A DNA stretch of 64,000 nucleotides, from positions 35,526,001 to 35,590,000 of the forward strand of contig OX597834.1 in NCBI GenBank assembly GCA_951406725.2, written 5' to 3'. The notes beneath the pieces were generated by a model that had not been told where the DNA came from, ran no database searches, and worked only from the letters and a program-made list of their open reading frames with translations. This DNA comes from Octopus vulgaris (taxonomy: Eukaryota). Both the position numbers and the translations under genes were made by a program. This document shows positions 57,401 to 64,000 of the stretch, piece after piece (position 1 is the stretch's first letter; every line of letters starts with the position of its first letter).

Positions 57401-58479
57401 TTCTTTCGGGGTTGATAAAATAAAGCACATTGGGGGCGATGACATCGACTTATCCTCTCCCTTCAGAATTTCTGGTCTTGTGCCCTGCAACGGATTGGTG
57501 ACCCGTTCAGTGAGGATTGCTGTAATCTCGGATACTTATATGCCATGGAAAATGTAATGACAGGCCTTGTAATTCCTAGGGTTCTAGAAAAAAAAATCTA
57601 TAGCGTATTGACTGACTTCTGACACTAGTGCAAAGACATAAATTAATAGCAGAAAAGAAATGAGTCTCTGTGGCGTTTATGCCTTTCCCCAAAGATGTTA
57701 GTGTACAAATGGAGCGAAGGGAAATTGAAATCACGCTGAAATCTCGTCTGACCGGGAATAAAATCCTAACGTTGTTGCTGTTGCTATCCCTAAGTTCGAA
57801 GGTTCTATGATCAATTGCTTTCCATCCGTGACCACTCATTTTGTTTACAAGAATGTCTAGAACCAAATTCTTTTACGTGTTCTTCCCTCTTTTTTATATT
57901 AAAGACGGTAGAGCATGATATAATAGAAATTTGGCTACTAATTTTAAGCGACCAAGCACAGGCTCTTGGGAATTTAATCGTTTGGTCTATATTGACCGAC
58001 GATGTACATCTCACTGGAATATTAATAGCTGTTTACGATGACCGAGAAAAACAATCTAATGGAAATAGATAATATAATTAGAATCTTCTAACATCGGGGA
58101 GCAAAGAGCCATCGGTCGTCTGCTTAAGTGGACGACAGCTATCAACTGTCTTAACAAGAAATGGTATTTTTTTTGTGCAGAGGGAGTAAAAAAAATAAAC
58201 ACCACCTCTAACCCATCACTGATATCACTTTTCTAGGGAAAGTGCTTCGCAATTGTGATTAATCAACAAATTTGTTTGTGACGAATTCTCTAAATTCTAG
58301 TTTTCATGTTATTTCTTACAAAATTTCCCACAAAATCTTTTTAAACAGAACCAATAGCAAACTAACAAAATAGAAAACAAAAAGGAATAACAAAATGGCG
58401 GACAAGACGAAAAAAATTTGCATCTTCCGGTTGCCTGACAAGAATGTTTGTGTAAGTGTCCACGGCTTGTGATGGCGGC

Positions 58480-58527
58480 GGTGGTGGTGGTGGTAGAAAT
58501 TATTATTGTTGTTGTTGTTGTTGTTGC

Positions 58528-58579
<52 letters not shown>

Positions 58580-58724
58580 GAAAGAAAACAGTGTTATTGT
58601 TATCATCATCATCATTATCATTATCATCGCGACCACCACCACCATCTTCATTATCAGGCTTCTCCTTCTCCCCTCGTTCGTCGTCCTCCTCCTCCATCTT
58701 CTTCTTCTTCTTCTTCTTCTTCTT

Positions 58725-58789
<65 letters not shown>

Positions 58790-58793
58790 CATT

Positions 58794-58859
<66 letters not shown>

Positions 58860-58895
58860 GTTGCTGTTGTTATTATTATTGTTATTATCATTATT
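58480..58895. repeat. Compound trinucleotide array (GGT, TTG, TTA, ATC, CTT)
   Basis: Consecutive triplet tracts. Confidence 0.95.
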
Positions 58896-59439
58896 AGTGG
58901 CAGTAGATTCTATTATAGATATTTAATCTTTTTGGCGTGATTTCTCCCTCGGTGGGAACAATTACGTATCGGTCGACTTTAATCAATATCTAATACTTTA
59001 ATAAAACATCGTTAATAGAAAAATCTATAACACAATTGACTCTTGATTGATCGATTGCAAACGGGTCCCCGCGTCAACAAGTTTATCATGCATCTCGGCT
59101 TTACGATAAATATTTTGATTGCTGTGGTATGTCAGTTTTATTTTACATCATCTAAAATTATATTTCTTCTTGTAAACAAATTGGGGAAAGAAAAGAAAAG
59201 AAAAGAAAACAAAACAAACAGAAAGAAAATCAGGAGCAAAAAATAACGGAAGGAAAAAGAACTCAAAATAAATAATTCTATTTCGTATTTTCCCCCAAAC
59301 CACTCGTTGTATGTATGTATGTATGTATGTATGTATGTATGTATGTATGTATGTATGTATGTATGTATGTATGTATGTATGTATGTATCTGTCTGGATGT
59401 CTATGTCTGTCTATCTATCTATCTGTCTGTCTATGTCTG

Positions 59440-59515
<76 letters not shown>

Positions 59516-60447
59516 CATATGCATGCATACACATATATGTATATGCATATCTATATGTTTTATACATCTATATATCTACACCACAGCACGCATACATACA
59601 CGTATATTAATATTTAAAAAATAATAATTTTAATTCCGAAACCTCAAAGAAAATTAGTCCACCAAAATGTAACCATTCTCCACGATACTGTTTGTTTGGT
59701 AACGTACTACACAGTGCTTTGTCTAAAAGAATTTGCCAGTGAATAATAAATTGCTTTGTCTAAAGATTGCCAGGTGCTAATAAAGTTTACGTTGTAATTT
59801 TTCAAATCTATGTGTCATTTAACTCATGTCCAATGTTTTTGTGGTGTTCCATACGACTATATATGCAGTGCATAATTAATCTTAAATTGATTTGCTGTCA
59901 TACCAATGTAATCCATTTGGTTCTGTATCGTTATTAGATGGGATAGTTGTGGCATAGATAAATGTTTATCATATACTCGATTTACATTCTGTGAAGAGCA
60001 GCGTTTTGGCGTGCTGATATTCTTTGTGGGCTGGTAATTTGAATTAGTCGCTATTTTTCAAATATTTTTGTTTTTGTATCTGGTTTGTTGCGTCTAGGGA
60101 GAGTCGTTATGCCAATATTATCAACACAGTGATGGATAACATGTATTTTAGTGAGTCTGACATTTTGAGAGAAAATTGAATTTTACAATATATCTTTTCC
60201 CAACTCGAGACCTACATGAATTAAATTAGGTGCATTGAAACATATGAACTTCATGTGTTTCTGGTTTCTCGAGAGGTCAGACGATAGCAGAACTTTCAAG
60301 CTGTATTGTGGGTAAACATTTCTTTCTTCCTTCCTCTCTTTGCTGGCTTAACCAACGGAAGGGACACCGACTTAGTCAAATACAGCTTCACAACAATGTC
60401 CACCAAGCGGATTTATACTTTTTGTTATAAACATCGTAAGGATGATA

Positions 60448-60523
<76 letters not shown>

Positions 60524-60688
60524 ATATATATCTATATTTATATGTATGTATTTAAGGGGATAATGTGTATAATATGCGTAACATTTAGCAATCATCTGCT
60601 GATAATGATGCGCCGAAACAACTGTAGTTGTTCATTCCACCTCGTATTAAATTTCTTATTTCTCTCTCTGTCTCTCTCTGTCTCTCTC

Positions 60689-60726
<38 letters not shown>

Positions 60727-61050
60727 ATCTATCTATTTAGATATATACATATTATATACATGTATATCTATCAATCTACTTTTATATATATATATATATA
60801 TATATTTATCCTTATATGTATCTATACATATCCTTATGCATGTATGTATGTATCTGTCTGTATATCTGTATGTATGTACACACACACACACACGCACACA
60901 TATAAATGTATATATGTATATATATAATATATATATGCATGTATGCATATATATACGTGCACATTTGCGCGTGTAGATATGATTGTGTATCTTTGTGTTC
61001 ATCTGTGTCTACGTGTATGTGTGTGTACGCACTCACATGCATGCACGCAC

Positions 61051-61096
<46 letters not shown>

Positions 61097-61681
61097 ACAC
61101 ACACACAAAATAACACACAAGCACATGCACTTACAATCGTTATTCTATTCTTGCGCTCAAATTCGTCATAGACATTGATACCGCATACAATGAGAAACAA
61201 AGAAACAAAGCGATGCCTCCGAAACATTAGAAGACATTGTTACATGACAGTAGCATGCAATAAAGCATTTGCCGCCCTTCCTTTCCAACGAGGCCCTCCA
61301 CCACTGTAAGGGCTGAGCTTGTCTTTCTCACTTCGTCTGCCGCCACTCCATAAACGCTATAATATTTTGCATGTCGAATAAATAATTATACGTAAAAGAA
61401 TGAGCCACGAATTGTTTCACATCTGCTGGTGATTACAGAAGAAATACGTGAAGTAGCCATGTTTTACTTTGTTATCACTGCGCTAACATTAGGTAATGCG
61501 TCTCAGAATACTAAAACAAACCGTGTGGTTTCGGTTGATTAACACACAGTATGTGTATATATGTATGTATGTATGTCGGTAGGTAGATAGGTAGGTTAGT
61601 AGATAAGTAGGTATGTGCATATAGGTAGAGATATATATGTATATATACATATGTAAGTATGTGTATATAAATGTATATACT

Positions 61682-61738
<57 letters not shown>

Positions 61739-61851
61739 TACACACATGAATACACACACACACATATATATATATATACAAATATATATGCATACATACG
61801 TATATACATACACACATACATATATATTATATATATGTATACATACATGCA

Positions 61852-61921
<70 letters not shown>

Positions 61922-62463
61922 CCTACATTCACGTATGCTCATATAGACATATTTAGATATACATCCGCACAAATTCAACTTGCGGAAAAAAAGCTAGAAG
62001 AATTAAAAAAAGAACCAAAATTAAAAAGAAAAAATACACTATCAAAAACAGAAGTTCATTTGTTTAATGGCAGCAGATATTCAATTAATATGTCATGTTC
62101 GGATTTATTTCAAAGAAAATGGTAAGGAAAAAAATGCATTTGTAAAGGGAATTGAAGTATATAACGTTTGAAAGGAAATTTAAAGGAGAAATTATGAGGC
62201 AAAAAGAGAAACAAACTCGACATCTTTGCCTTTCTTATCATTCTTTGTTCTCATATCTTTCATCACTCTTTATTCTCCCGTTCTTTGTTTACGTAATGTT
62301 TCCCTTTATTTATCTTCCTATCCATTCACTTTGTTTTGCATCCATTGGTACATCGATACTCATACACATAAGAAGCATATAATGCATATGTATATATATG
62401 TGTGTATGTGTCTGTGTGTGTCTGTGCGTGTGAGTAAATATATGTCCCAAAACACACACGTGT

Positions 62464-62568
<105 letters not shown>

Positions 62569-63199
62569 CATATATATATGCATATCTAGATGGGAAATAT
62601 TTCAGCATGTTATATCAAAGACTGTGTTCAATTAATTGCTTTTCATTAATATTTTCCTTTCTGTATTGTTCTATATTAATCCTTTATGTTCGATTAAGGA
62701 TAACAACTATAAAATATTCATTAACAGTTCAATACCCTCTTGGTCTCATCTTCTGAATGAAGGAGTGAGAGTAACGTGTTGTTACTGAGTTTTAATAAGG
62801 GACACTACTGGATCGTGGGAATGATTTTTTAACAGATAAAGTTTTCATCGCTGGATATAAAATGCCTTAACATTTCAATCTAGATGACTTTCAAAGTCTG
62901 TTTCCTCTTTTCAATTTGCTCTGCTCTTAAGCAATTCTCTGAGTCAGAATCCCTGGCAGGAAAAGAGTTGAAGAAAGAGATATTATTTAAAGAAAGCTCT
63001 TCCTGTCATACCTCGAAATGATTATAAAAGACTTTGGTTGGAAAGGTGGTGCCATCATCAATGACGGGCTATTGACGCACTACCCAGTTGAAGGCGACAT
63101 CGTGCTCACTACAGAAATTTCAGATCTGCTGCAAACCCATGCTGACAGAGCAGGACAAGCAGAGTTTGGATGTTTTCTTCAAATTAAACAGCATAAAAA

Positions 63200-63720
63200 C
63201 GAAAATATAGGACAAGAGTGAACAATGGTGCGAAGCAAGGGGATTTAGACGTGGAAGAGTATGTCTGCTTCGGACAGACTGTAAATATATGCCGAGAGAT
63301 GAACACTGAAATTGCGTTCATAATAAGAGCAGAAAGAAGGGCCTTTGCTTCGATCAAAGATGTTCTTAAAGTACAGGTGTACAAGACCTTGCGTGCCAAT
63401 ATCTTCATTAGCACCTTCTCACCATGGTACTTACGTTCAAGTGAGACATGGGCTAGTACGAAGGACGACCAGTGACTGGCTTCGACACAGAGGGCCATGG
63501 AAAAGTCCATTGCGGGAGCATATTTTCTTAATTATGTAATTCGAGAATGGAGTGATCATACAGTCACAAAAGTACAAGTTGCTCTGGGACGAACATGTTG
63601 GAAGGCTAACGGGCTGTAGGTGGGTTGTTGCAGTTGTTGAGCGGTATATAAGAAATTGGAAGAGATAACGTAGAAGACTGTACTGTGAAAAATTTCGGAC
63701 CCAAAAGGAAGAGAAGGGAG
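63200..63720 (+). mobile_element. Degenerate RTE-clade LINE fragment (post-RT region)
   Basis: VEEYVCFGQ...EI...RAERRAFASIKDVLK...SETWA...LASTQRAMEKS with stops. Confidence 0.7.
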
Positions 63721-63788
63721 CAATCAAGAAGAATGGAAGCATATTTTGATTAGCAAAGTACAAGGAAATTTGATAGTCTCGCAGATGG

Positions 63789-63860
<72 letters not shown>

Positions 63861-63866
<6 letters not shown>

Positions 63867-64000
63867 TAAAAAATATTAAAAAAACGGAGAGAAAATACAA
63901 GAAAAACAAGAACGCGAGGACGTGGTACATGCAAAGTATTAATGAGATGCTCAGAGAAGGAAAGAAAAACTGGTTGTTTTACGTTTCGAGCAAAGCTCTT
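63861..64000 (-). mobile_element. Copy of the hammerhead-like element (second unit), cut by the window end
   Basis: Reverse complement AAGAGC TTT GCTC GAAAC GTA AAAC; body resembles 49790-49888. Confidence 0.55.

Overview
AT-rich animal genomic DNA saturated with microsatellites and SINEs. The repeat landscape suggests an Octopus-like cephalopod; that is an inference, not a proven ID. Two intron-rich genes converge tail-to-tail. On + (673-11597) are the last 8 coding exons of a NOX4-type NADPH oxidase, covering the FAD- and NADPH-binding domains and the stop. On - (50277-40909) are the last 5 clear coding exons of a canonical TRP (TRPC) channel: S6, TRP box EWKFAR, rib helix, Pro-rich linker, coiled coil and an ESKV end. 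The rest is three tRNA-derived SINE families, CR1/L2-type and RTE-type LINE fragments, several long inverted repeats, a 4-kb (CATC)n array with higher-order duplications, and minisatellites. Most ORFs in the supplied track are repeat artefacts. Best leads: (1) small elements carrying minimal hammerhead-ribozyme-like motifs, often in (TA)n tracts; (2) candidate frame-preserving microexons in the intron before TRPC S6; (3) a 160-bp-arm palindrome beside the TRP-box exon; (4) a SINE subfamily whose target-site duplications all start with GGTA; (5) the NOX4-TRPC pairing.
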